A stretch of DNA of 64,000 bases, from positions 51,418 through 115,417 of the forward strand of contig JBAXAI010000011.1 in assembly GCA_037142615.1 (NCBI GenBank). The letters run 5' to 3'. Position 1 is the first letter of the stretch; each line of letters starts with the position of its first letter. The position numbers and the translations under genes were made by a program. Shown here one piece after another: positions 55,864 to 64,000 of this stretch. This DNA is from Spirochaetales bacterium. GTDB lineage: Bacteria; Spirochaetota; Spirochaetia; JABEVK01. The notes beneath the pieces were generated by a model. That model was not told where the DNA came from. It worked only from the letters and a program-made list of their open reading frames with translations, and did not search any database.

Positions 55864-57927
55864 CTAAGTCAGCATGTCGTCCAGGAACTCCGACGTGTTC
55901 CCTCCACTGGAAAGGTGGAGGTAATCGCGGGCTCGGGTACAGGCAACGTAGAGCAAGTTGCGTTCGGTGGTGTAAATCTCGTCGAGGTCTGCGGTGTCAG
56001 AGGCCGAGCCGATCCTCTCGTCGGAGGGAAGAACACCTTCGTCACAGGCCATGACGGCGACGCCTCGGAACTCGAGTCCCTTGGCCATGTGCATCGTCAC
56101 GATGGAAAGCCGCCCGGGCATCGGCAGGGCGTGTTCATCCAGAACGACGAAAGGAAGTCCCGCTTCGGCAGCAACCTCGTGGGCTCGCGAAAACTCTGCG
56201 GAAGACCGCACAATGAGCGCGACTTCGTGCGGTTTGCAGCCCAGTGCCCAAAGATCCTTCAGCCACCCTACGACAGCCCTGCACTCCTCTGGCCGGCTGG
56301 AGCACTTTCGCGTGATCGGGAGCGGCCCATTGAACACCGAAACCGTGGTGCTACGGTCGTCCACGTTGCCATCGACGTCGCTCACCGACTTTCCCAGCAA
56401 ACGGTCGGCCTGCCGGCGAATCTGGTGCGACGTACGGTAGTTCACTCTGAGGGTTCGGCAGCGCCCTCGCAGGTCGACTCCGGCTGCCTTCCAAGAGAAG
56501 GGAGTCCGAAAAATCCTCTGGGCCGTATCCCCGGCGAAGAAGAGTCGGTTGGGCACATTGCCCCCGAAAGCAGCAAGAAACCGAAGTTGAGGCAGGCTGA
56601 TATCCTGGGCTTCATCGACCACCACAAAATCAAAAGGAGGGTTTTTGCGCCCGGCCACTTGGCGTTTCAGGACGTTGAACAGGCCGGCCTCTGTAACCTG
56701 CTTGTTTCGAGACAAAGCCTCGTGGACAGCCTCGAAGACTTGCCAGAGGGCACGACGTTGCACCTCGGGAAGTCTGGTCTTTCGTCCCAAACGGACCACA
56801 TCACGGTAGGACTCCCACGTGTCCAAGTCCCAGGCCTCGACGATTTCCGTCCATTCGGATTTCAGAAAAGAGTGTGTGAACCGATTGTCGGCGAATTCTT
56901 GCGCGGCATGGGCCAGAACAGGGTCAAAAGCCGCATCAGACAGAACGTCGAGGCTTGCCGCCGACGTGTCGAGCATTCGCATCCCGAACGAAAGCAGCGA
57001 GCGGACTTCAATCCTTTCGGCCAGGCGGGGCTCACCGGCGATCAAACGGTGAAGTTTGTCTTTCAAAGAATGCGCTAGGGCCTCGGTGAAGGTCGCCAGC
57101 AGAACCCTCGAGTCCGGGTTGCATCGTGCCAGATGCACGGCCCTGTGGAGGGCCACGATTGTTTTTCCGGTGCCCGAGGAACCGGAAACGCGAAAGGGAC
57201 CGGTCAGATCGGCACTGACGAGGGCAAGCTGGTCTGGGTGCAGGAAGGTGATCCACTTTTCCCAAGGGGCATCGAGTGCTTTCTGGAGGGCTTCCGAGTC
57301 CGCCAGGACTTGAAAACGTCGCTGAGCATCGGGGTGCTCGTACGGGTCCACAGGAACGGTGCCCGCCTGTTTCGCCGTCGGCCATCCTCCCACAGCGACT
57401 TCGAGTAGTGCCTCTGCTGCCTCAGCCGGCAGGTGGTCGGCGAGTTGCAGAACGGAGTCCTCGGTTGCTCCTCGAACGTCCGCAAGCCATTCGACGGGCA
57501 CCCCCCAAGAGAGGAGGTCGTCGTCGCTGCACTTTCGAAAAAGCAGTGGTTTTGAGGCCACTGCTTCCACATATTTGGGAATCACGATCTCTTGAACGGT
57601 CTCGCGAACTTCCACCAACTGGGCGGCCCGAGTCTGCGGGTGCACCTCGAGTTTTCGCCGCTCGGCCCATTCGTAGGCTTTGTCATGGTGATCCACGTAG
57701 CAGAGCATAAGGCTCTGCTCCGTCCGGTGGACGATGATCCGCAGATCGCTCGATACGCGGACAGACCAGAACGCCTTGTCGCGTGCCCGTTCAAGCTTGT
57801 GAAACTGGTGACCGGGATTTGCCGGGTTCACCTGGAGGTCAAAGGCGGTCGTCTTGGAGACTTTCTGCTCGTCGGAAGTGAGTTTGGCGAGGCTGTCGGT
57901 AAAGGTGGAGGAGAGGAGGAAGGTCAT
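55864..57927 (-). CDS. SF1 UvrD-like helicase with an N-terminal RelE/ParE-like domain
   Basis: N-terminal F..SL.KL...P..PG..FHKL...WSVRV..DLRII...VDHHD.AY; helicase motifs GSSGTGKT, DEAQD, GD..QRI, NYRT, HMAKGLEF, LYVACTRAR. Confidence 0.85.
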   Translation of the reverse strand: MTFLLSSTFTDSLAKLTSDEQKVSKTTAFDLQVNPANPGHQFHKLERARDKAFWSVRVSSDLRIIVHRTEQSLMLCYVDHHDKAYEWAERRKLEVHPQTRAAQLVEVRETVQEIVIPKYVEAVASKPLLFRKCSDDDLLSWGVPVEWLADVRGATEDSVLQLADHLPAEAAEALLEVAVGGWPTAKQAGTVPVDPYEHPDAQRRFQVLADSEALQKALDAPWEKWITFLHPDQLALVSADLTGPFRVSGSSGTGKTIVALHRAVHLARCNPDSRVLLATFTEALAHSLKDKLHRLIAGEPRLAERIEVRSLLSFGMRMLDTSAASLDVLSDAAFDPVLAHAAQEFADNRFTHSFLKSEWTEIVEAWDLDTWESYRDVVRLGRKTRLPEVQRRALWQVFEAVHEALSRNKQVTEAGLFNVLKRQVAGRKNPPFDFVVVDEAQDISLPQLRFLAAFGGNVPNRLFFAGDTAQRIFRTPFSWKAAGVDLRGRCRTLRVNYRTSHQIRRQADRLLGKSVSDVDGNVDDRSTTVSVFNGPLPITRKCSSRPEECRAVVGWLKDLWALGCKPHEVALIVRSSAEFSRAHEVAAEAGLPFVVLDEHALPMPGRLSIVTMHMAKGLEFRGVAVMACDEGVLPSDERIGSASDTADLDEIYTTERNLLYVACTRARDYLHLSSGGNTSEFLDDMLT

Positions 57928-58578
57928 TCAGGGACCCGAGACTAGTCGGAGGAGTCCGTTACGGAATTTTTGGAAACTGGGCGATGGGTTAGACTCGATC
58001 GAGATCAGAGGAGTTATCCGCTCGGCCCATTCATGCTTGAGTTCTCCTGAACGCGGCCATCCGTCCGCCTTCACTTGGGCACGACCGCCCACAACGACAG
58101 CGTCAGCCAAGGTTTCCCAGGTATCGCAGACGGAATCGGGAACATAGGAGTTCAGCACCTGCCGTTTTGCACTCGGGTATGCCGCGAGCACTGCGGCCTG
58201 ATCACTGAGATACCACGCTTCGACCTCCTCGATGGCGAGGCGAAACAGAACCCTTACCCGACGAGTTGTGAGGGCTGACAGGGACTGAAGCTCCTGCAAA
58301 AACGCACGGCAGTCGTGTCGATCCGTATCAACGATCACAACCACGGCATCTATTCCAGGAGTCTTGTCATAGCCACCAAGCAGCCTCGGAAGGTTGTCGA
58401 GGAGAATGCGTTTCGCTGCATCGGTCGCGTTCGACATGCCCTTGGGAATAGTCCCGACGCCCTTGTATTTGTGGATCCTCCACGTATGGGGCATGGACTC
58501 CTGCCCGATGATCCGAGGAATGAGGTTTTCGACCGCCCTCGCCCCCGAACTGTCTTCGACAAGGAACTCAATATGCAT
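57928..58578 (-). CDS. DUF4276-family TOPRIM-like protein
   Basis: FLVED.S, VIVDTD..DC, IEEVEAWYL.D, N.SPSF. Confidence 0.75.
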   Translation of the reverse strand: MHIEFLVEDSSGARAVENLIPRIIGQESMPHTWRIHKYKGVGTIPKGMSNATDAAKRILLDNLPRLLGGYDKTPGIDAVVVIVDTDRHDCRAFLQELQSLSALTTRRVRVLFRLAIEEVEAWYLSDQAAVLAAYPSAKRQVLNSYVPDSVCDTWETLADAVVVGGRAQVKADGWPRSGELKHEWAERITPLISIESNPSPSFQKFRNGLLRLVSGP

Positions 58579-58580
58579 GG

Positions 58581-59810
58581 CTACGTCCTGTCGAGGTAGT
58601 CGCTGTACCAGAGACTTCCGAGGGGAAGGCCCTCTGCGACGAGGTTCTTGACCACCTCAATTTCGGCCACCCGGCGAATCGTGGAAAATCCGTCTGCTCC
58701 TTTCTCAAGAATCCAGACATTTTCAGGCGACAACCCGTCCACAAAGTACGGCTGATGCGTCGTAACGAAAATCTGAGGGGAGTTCTTGCGGCCCGTGGCC
58801 TGCTGTCGGAACTCACGGGCCAGAGAATCCAAGAGTTTATGGTAGAGCCCATTTTCGGGCTCTTCGATGCAGATGAACGGAGCAGGATCGGGATCTTCGA
58901 GTAACAAGAGATAGGCGAGCATCTTCAAAGTGCCGTCGGACATCTGCGGCGCAAGGAAGGGGTCGCTGAAGTCGCCCCCGTTGAAGCCAAGCAAGACTCG
59001 CTTGTCCTTGGTCACCTCAAACTGGATCGAGGTGATGCCCGGAATGCGCGCGGCGATTCGATGAAGAATGTCATTGAATTTTTTGGGGTGTTCGACCTTC
59101 ATGTACTGAACCACATTGGCAATGTTGTCGCCACGGATATTGAGGTGTTTTTGGGGGCCAGATACCGGAATAGTCCGTGCGGCATCGGGGTAGAAGTACG
59201 AGAGATACCACCCCTTGAGGAAGTCCCGGAACAGCTTGATCCGAGGGTGTTCCTTGAGCGTCCCCAGCGTGGCAATGCCAAGTTGTTTTGTGTCGGTGAG
59301 CTCAACGGCCAGTTTGGAGGTGTCTTCCTCCCCTTCAGACTCTACCGCTGAGTCGCCCGCCCACACGTGTCCCTTGCCCCGGGACAGCCTAAGGAACGGG
59401 TAAGGACGACCGTAGTCCTGGCCTTTGCGACGCTGTTTCAGAATCTCGGACTCGACAAAGGGTCGTCCGGCCGAGTCAACGTTGATGGCGACTTCATAGG
59501 TGATCGGCCGCTCACTTCTGGACTCGCGGTAGTAAACCTCAAACTGGATGGGCCCTTGGCAATCTTTCGATCGCAGCCAATCGAATCCACCCCTCTGCTT
59601 GGCGTTGCAGGCGGTCTCAATGTCAAAAGTGATGCAGTCCGAAAGAAACCCAAAGGCGTCAAACAACGAACTCTTGCCTACCCCGTTCTTTCCGATGACG
59701 ACGGTAAATGGCGTCAGGGAAATCGCATCCTGAGTGTTGGAAAGTCGACCGAGAGAGATGTCTTTCAGGGCACGGTAGTTCTGGACTCGAAAGCCCTCAA
59801 TCAATGCCAT
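58581..59810 (-). CDS. AAA_21-type ABC ATPase
   Basis: VQNYRAL, GKNGVGKS, MSDGT signature, IEEPENGL, TTHQP. Confidence 0.9.
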   Translation of the reverse strand: MALIEGFRVQNYRALKDISLGRLSNTQDAISLTPFTVVIGKNGVGKSSLFDAFGFLSDCITFDIETACNAKQRGGFDWLRSKDCQGPIQFEVYYRESRSERPITYEVAINVDSAGRPFVESEILKQRRKGQDYGRPYPFLRLSRGKGHVWAGDSAVESEGEEDTSKLAVELTDTKQLGIATLGTLKEHPRIKLFRDFLKGWYLSYFYPDAARTIPVSGPQKHLNIRGDNIANVVQYMKVEHPKKFNDILHRIAARIPGITSIQFEVTKDKRVLLGFNGGDFSDPFLAPQMSDGTLKMLAYLLLLEDPDPAPFICIEEPENGLYHKLLDSLAREFRQQATGRKNSPQIFVTTHQPYFVDGLSPENVWILEKGADGFSTIRRVAEIEVVKNLVAEGLPLGSLWYSDYLDRT

Positions 59811-59834
59811 CGTTCACCACCTGTTGAACTCCCA

Positions 59835-62585
59835 TTATACCCTAAACACCTTCATCACCTCGTCGCCAAGATGATTGATCACTTTCACGGCGATTCGTCC
59901 GTTCTTCGGCTTCTCGAACGGCCGCGACACGGCGCTGTTCAGCGTGGCCCAGGCGTCGGCGTTGATTTCGGCCTTGAGCGTGGTCTTGAGTGATCCGTAG
60001 GGGTCGTTGGCCCCCAGGAAGTACGCGTGGCGGACGAAGAATGACTCCTCGTTGTAGTCGGTGTCGATGAACCAACAAGCGATCCCGTCGGGACCATCGG
60101 AGCGGACGTCGCCGCTGCGGGGGTCGAACACGTCGACACCTTTGACCTCGATGGTCACCTGGTTGTTACCCGCTTCCTGAACTTCGATGTCAGGCTCGCC
60201 GAAGATGACGAACAGGTTGCCCTGCCCGTTGTTTCGGAGGTCTTCGGCCATGTGCAGGTCGGCGTTCATGCGGGCCTTGAGCACGGGGATGCGGCCGAGC
60301 TTGTGGAACTCGGTACTATGGGCGTCGTAGTTGAACGCGCAGGCGATGAGCACGTCGAAGTTGGCTTCGGCAGCCTCGCGGGCAGCTTCGACCAGGTCGG
60401 GGCGGCTGACGGTGCCGAACTCCGGCCCCAGGAAGATGGCGGCGCGCTTGTCGTCGTAGCGGCCTTCGGCGCAGATGAGGCGACCGGGCCACGGGGTCAG
60501 CGACGTGAAGGTGATCTTGTCGGCCTTGTCGGGTTGCTGAACGCCGGCTTTGAGCAGGTTATCGAGGATGAGCCCGGCGAAGTCGTGCACGTCGAAACCG
60601 GGCGCCGGCTCTTTGAGTTCGTCGATCAGTTCGTCGTTTTCGTCGACCGCGAAGGTGCGGTGAGGCGACAGACTCTCGACGGTGAACGGTCCTGCGACCC
60701 TCACTTTCTTCTTGTCTTCGTAGGGCTTGTCGTACAGGTACTCGTACTCCGCCTTGGCGGCGATGCTGGCGTCGATCTCTTTCTGGCGGGCGATGCGGGC
60801 CTTCCACCATTCGGGAGCGACGTCGCGGGGAATCTCCCACTCTTCCCAGTTTTTGCCCAGGGACTGGTTCAGTTGAGCACGCAGGGGCTCGAGGATGGCC
60901 TGCCATTTGTCCCAGATGACATCGATTTCGGCGTTATTCGCAATGCTTTTCAGGGTGATGTGGGGCACGCGCTCGTACACAAAACCGTGCTTGAGGTTGC
61001 GGTAGGTGGGTTTGCTGCTCAGAGGAGTCCGGGTGACCTCGCTCTCCTTGGCTTGCCCTTCGGGGCTGTCGGCCATCAGGTAGTACGGGTAACGTGCTCC
61101 CATGATTCGGGCCCGGGCGAGGGCCAAGGCGACGCGACTGGTATCGATGGTGATCCACCGGCGGCCCCACTGTTCGGCGACATAGGCTGTCGTTCCAGAC
61201 CCACAGGTCGGGTCGAGGACCAGGTCGCCAGGGTCAGAGGCAAGTAACATGCACCGTTGGATGACGCGGACATTGGTTTGGACAACATAGACTTTGTCCG
61301 CCCCAATTGTTCCTCCCGTATCCTCCCAAGAACTGGTAAGTGGAAAGTAAGGCGACTCGTCAAAATATCGCACCAGACTAAGCGACCGTCCCCCTCCGTG
61401 AAGACGGGTCGCTCTTGCGGCTCGGACCATTCCTGGCTCAGTTGTGCTCCATCCTCGGGTACCGGCGGGTCGATATGTGTCCCCTCGGAAAATGAACGGA
61501 AAACCCATGGCCGAAGCGTCGCCAGCTTCTCTTCCCTGTCGCTGTGAGGTCGCATCGCCAAGTCGGGCGATGCGGACGCCCGGTGACTCGAGCTTTTGAC
61601 CTGAAGAAAGGTAGTCTGTGAGGCGCGTGCGAGCTGTGTCTACTTCGACGATTTGCCAAGGACCAGGGTCGGAGACATCGAACGGGCGCTCAATGAACAA
61701 AGGTCGATACTTCGTGTTCTGGTGATCCTTTGCAAACCAAAGAACGTAGTTCTTGGGATTGGAGAGAAACTCAGACGTAGAGCCTGACGTGGCGTGGTAC
61801 CCAATTTGACTTACATAGTTCTCATCGCCGAAGACTTCCTCGAGCAGGCACCTCACCCGATGAACATTCTCTTCCCCAATCTGCACAAAGATACTGCCGC
61901 TGTCGGTCAGCAAATCCCGCGCCACGGTCAGTCGGTCCCGCAGGTATGTCAAATAGCTGTGGATGCCGTCGCGCCAGGTGTCGCGGAAGGCTTTCACCTG
62001 CTCGGGCTCGCGGGTAATGTGCTCCAGGTTGCCGTCTTTCACGTCGCGGCTCGTGGTGCTCCACTGGAAGTTGCTGTTGAACTTGATGCCGTACGGCGGG
62101 TCGAAGTAGATGCACTGCACCTTGCCCCGCAGGCCCTCGCGCTCGGCCAGGCTGGCCATCACCTGCAGGCTGTCGCCCAGAATCATCCGGTTGGTCCAGT
62201 GGGCATCGTGCTGGTAGAACTCGGTCTTGGCGCCCTCGCTCGGCAACCCATTGAAGTCAGCAAACAGATCGAACTGGTCCTCAGGCTTTTGTCCCTTCTG
62301 GGTCTGCTTCACCAGGTCATCGATGAGCACCTTGGGGTGGACTTTCTCTTGGATGTACAGCGGCGGCGCGTTGACCACCAGGTCGCTCCAGTCTTGTTCG
62401 TCCTTTCCGCGCCACACGAGCTGAGGGTCTAGGTCGCGGTTTCGTCGGTCGTAGGCCACCCGGATGGGTGTCTTGGTGTCGGACTCGACCATGGCCTGGT
62501 ATTCGGCGGTCGGGATGTTTTTGCGCGTCTGCTCGGTGTGGGTGAAAGTCGAGATCGGCTTGGGGGTCGGGTCAGTCTTGGCCAT
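59835..62585 (-). CDS. Type III R-M-like beta-class adenine DNA methyltransferase with a long C-terminal extension
   Basis: NRMILGDSL, YFDPPYG (motif IV) precedes DPTCGSGTT (motif I); C-terminal WFIDTDY and IAVKVINHLGDE. Confidence 0.88.
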   Translation of the reverse strand: MAKTDPTPKPISTFTHTEQTRKNIPTAEYQAMVESDTKTPIRVAYDRRNRDLDPQLVWRGKDEQDWSDLVVNAPPLYIQEKVHPKVLIDDLVKQTQKGQKPEDQFDLFADFNGLPSEGAKTEFYQHDAHWTNRMILGDSLQVMASLAEREGLRGKVQCIYFDPPYGIKFNSNFQWSTTSRDVKDGNLEHITREPEQVKAFRDTWRDGIHSYLTYLRDRLTVARDLLTDSGSIFVQIGEENVHRVRCLLEEVFGDENYVSQIGYHATSGSTSEFLSNPKNYVLWFAKDHQNTKYRPLFIERPFDVSDPGPWQIVEVDTARTRLTDYLSSGQKLESPGVRIARLGDATSQRQGREAGDASAMGFPFIFRGDTYRPAGTRGWSTTEPGMVRAARATRLHGGGRSLSLVRYFDESPYFPLTSSWEDTGGTIGADKVYVVQTNVRVIQRCMLLASDPGDLVLDPTCGSGTTAYVAEQWGRRWITIDTSRVALALARARIMGARYPYYLMADSPEGQAKESEVTRTPLSSKPTYRNLKHGFVYERVPHITLKSIANNAEIDVIWDKWQAILEPLRAQLNQSLGKNWEEWEIPRDVAPEWWKARIARQKEIDASIAAKAEYEYLYDKPYEDKKKVRVAGPFTVESLSPHRTFAVDENDELIDELKEPAPGFDVHDFAGLILDNLLKAGVQQPDKADKITFTSLTPWPGRLICAEGRYDDKRAAIFLGPEFGTVSRPDLVEAAREAAEANFDVLIACAFNYDAHSTEFHKLGRIPVLKARMNADLHMAEDLRNNGQGNLFVIFGEPDIEVQEAGNNQVTIEVKGVDVFDPRSGDVRSDGPDGIACWFIDTDYNEESFFVRHAYFLGANDPYGSLKTTLKAEINADAWATLNSAVSRPFEKPKNGRIAVKVINHLGDEVMKVFRV

Positions 62586-62636
62586 GATTTTTCCTGCAAC
62601 AATCCTGTAATTTCTTCTTGGGAATAAAGATAGACG

Positions 62637-62664
62637 ATTGTATTGCATCTAAATGCAATACAAT
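62637..62664. repeat. Perfect 12-bp inverted repeat upstream of the methyltransferase gene
   Basis: ATTGTATTGCAT-ctaa-ATGCAATACAAT. Confidence 0.8.
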
Positions 62665-62674
62665 GCAATGGGTG

Positions 62675-64000
62675 CTATTCACGGTGACACCCCTCAGTCA
62701 TAGGCCCAGGGTACCAAAGTCCCGCGTTGGTATTCCCATGCGAGTGAATCTTTTCCTCTTCACGTAACTCGCGGAGGAGTGTTTGAACTGCCCCTCGGTC
62801 CAAATAGGGAACAACCTGCCTCAACTCTTTCAACGGACTTCCCTGCTGAGAAGTTTTTTTGATGTGAGCTTGAAGGAGGGCTTTGTGGGTCTCGCGGTCG
62901 AGGCCAACTTTACGGGTATGAACTCCAGCTTTCCCAATAGCCGAAAACAGCTTTCGAGCGAGAATCCAGGGGTTGTCCTTGCTGTGTGGAACTTTTTCAA
63001 TCAGGCCCTCTTCCAGAAGCTTACGGGCTACCGGTTCTAATCGGTCCGAAAGCACCGTCCCGGTGTACACGGCCTGGATGACGATAAAATCCTCGGTGGA
63101 AAAGCTTCGCAATCTTTCATCGCCGATTTTTTCAAGAACTCTTAGGAACTCTGGTTGTTGAATCGTTCCATGGAGGGTAAGGCACACATTCCACTTGTCG
63201 GTATTCCGGAAGTCCGGGTCGCCCTTGCTCTCGCGAATGCAGGATTCGAAAATCCGGTTCATCCCCTGCCCGGACCGCTCAACCAGACCACACTTGGCCA
63301 GAATATCGGCCACACGCCGATTCCGAGGGTTTTGTTTCCATAGGATGTTCTCCACGGTCACGCCTACGGGAAAACCTCCAGGACTGCTAATCTCAATGCG
63401 CTCTGGGTATTGGCGGACAAAGGCAGACTCTCCCGAACGATAGTCGCGATGACTCACCGCATTGAGGATTGCTTCGCGGATGGCCCCTTCGTTGAAGGTC
63501 TTGATGTCCCAAATGAAGAGCCCATCCTGGTAGTGCTGAACCGTGTTGCGAAGCTCAATCAGGTCCCAGAGCTTGTCGTAGAAACTGAAAAACCCCTGCC
63601 GGAATTCAACCCTTTGTTGGGCTGGACCAGTCAGATCGTTGGCTCGGTATTCGAAAATCACTTCGGCCTGACCGAGAAGGCGACCTAACGACAACCGTTT
63701 TCCAAACAGAATCAGGGCTGCATAGGTCATTTGCTCACCGAAGGCCAACTCGGCATCTGCCAGGAGTTGGACCCTGTTCACGTCCTTGAGAGCAGCGTTC
63801 CCCGACTTCTTGATCCAACGACGACGAAACTCCTCGATGCACTCGGTGTCCAAGTCGTCCCAGGTGGCCTCGCGGCAAATCTCTGCCGAATAATCCGGGC
63901 CTGCCTCGCTGAGGATGGACTGAATTTGGTCGATGTTCATCGCCACCAAAGACTCGCCGGAGCGCATCAGATAGCGACCTTCCACGTGAACGGGACGACC
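62675..64000 (-). CDS. Schlafen/AlbA_2 + HATPase_c_4-type ATP-binding protein with C-terminal HTH; 5' end lies outside the window
   Basis: Frame is open to base 64000; YLMRSGES, AALILFG, REAILNAVSHRDY, SPGGFP, PRN, GLVERSGQG. Confidence 0.8.
   Translation of the reverse strand, partial: GRPVHVEGRYLMRSGESLVAMNIDQIQSILSEAGPDYSAEICREATWDDLDTECIEEFRRRWIKKSGNAALKDVNRVQLLADAELAFGEQMTYAALILFGKRLSLGRLLGQAEVIFEYRANDLTGPAQQRVEFRQGFFSFYDKLWDLIELRNTVQHYQDGLFIWDIKTFNEGAIREAILNAVSHRDYRSGESAFVRQYPERIEISSPGGFPVGVTVENILWKQNPRNRRVADILAKCGLVERSGQGMNRIFESCIRESKGDPDFRNTDKWNVCLTLHGTIQQPEFLRVLEKIGDERLRSFSTEDFIVIQAVYTGTVLSDRLEPVARKLLEEGLIEKVPHSKDNPWILARKLFSAIGKAGVHTRKVGLDRETHKALLQAHIKKTSQQGSPLKELRQVVPYLDRGAVQTLLRELREEEKIHSHGNTNAGLWYPGPMTEGCHRE

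Noticed and set aside
55798-57078. 426-aa plus-strand ORF
   Set aside because: Antisense to the motif-complete UvrD-like helicase.
55864-59810. Calling the cassette canonical Gabija, PARIS or Septu
   Set aside because: ATPase and TOPRIM-like parts are separate, the partner looks like DUF4276 rather than an HNH or AriB protein, and the helicase has an extra N-terminal domain; only an analogy is supported.

Overview
High-GC bacterial chromosomal window, probably from a spirochaete (inferred from spirochaete-type lipoboxes and a FlgD-Ig/OmpA lipoprotein). It has five blocks. (1) 1-9.4 kb: 3' part of a complex-I-like Mbx/MBS-type membrane oxidoreductase operon with no NiFe ligands; its NuoI-like subunit is fused to a GltD-type NAD(P)H flavoprotein, followed by nfnAB and a BigR/SqrR-like ArsR regulator. 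(2) 9.4-14.8 kb: outer-membrane protein, lipoprotein, MarR, type I sulfide:quinone oxidoreductase, and a CxxC AhpD-like/DUF2892/Crp-Fnr module. (3) 14.8-28.9 kb: ribokinase, a two-component cluster with a duplicated kinase/receiver module ending in an HD-GYP regulator, OmpA lipoprotein, OmpR-type pair, esterase, RluA and AraC. (4) 28.9-54.5 kb: glycan-utilisation locus with 11 glycosidases, an ABC importer and an MFS transporter. (5) 54.5-64 kb: defence-island-like region with a 5'-truncated AAA ATPase, a GNAT toxin remnant, and a tight operon of Type III-like methyltransferase, ABC ATPase, DUF4276 TOPRIM-like protein and RelE-fused UvrD helicase. The best candidates for undescribed systems are the defence operon and the Mbx-GltD-Nfn/Sqr sulfur-redox locus. 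No rRNA, tRNA, CRISPR array or transposase was recognised. All family assignments come from motif recognition by eye, not from database searches.
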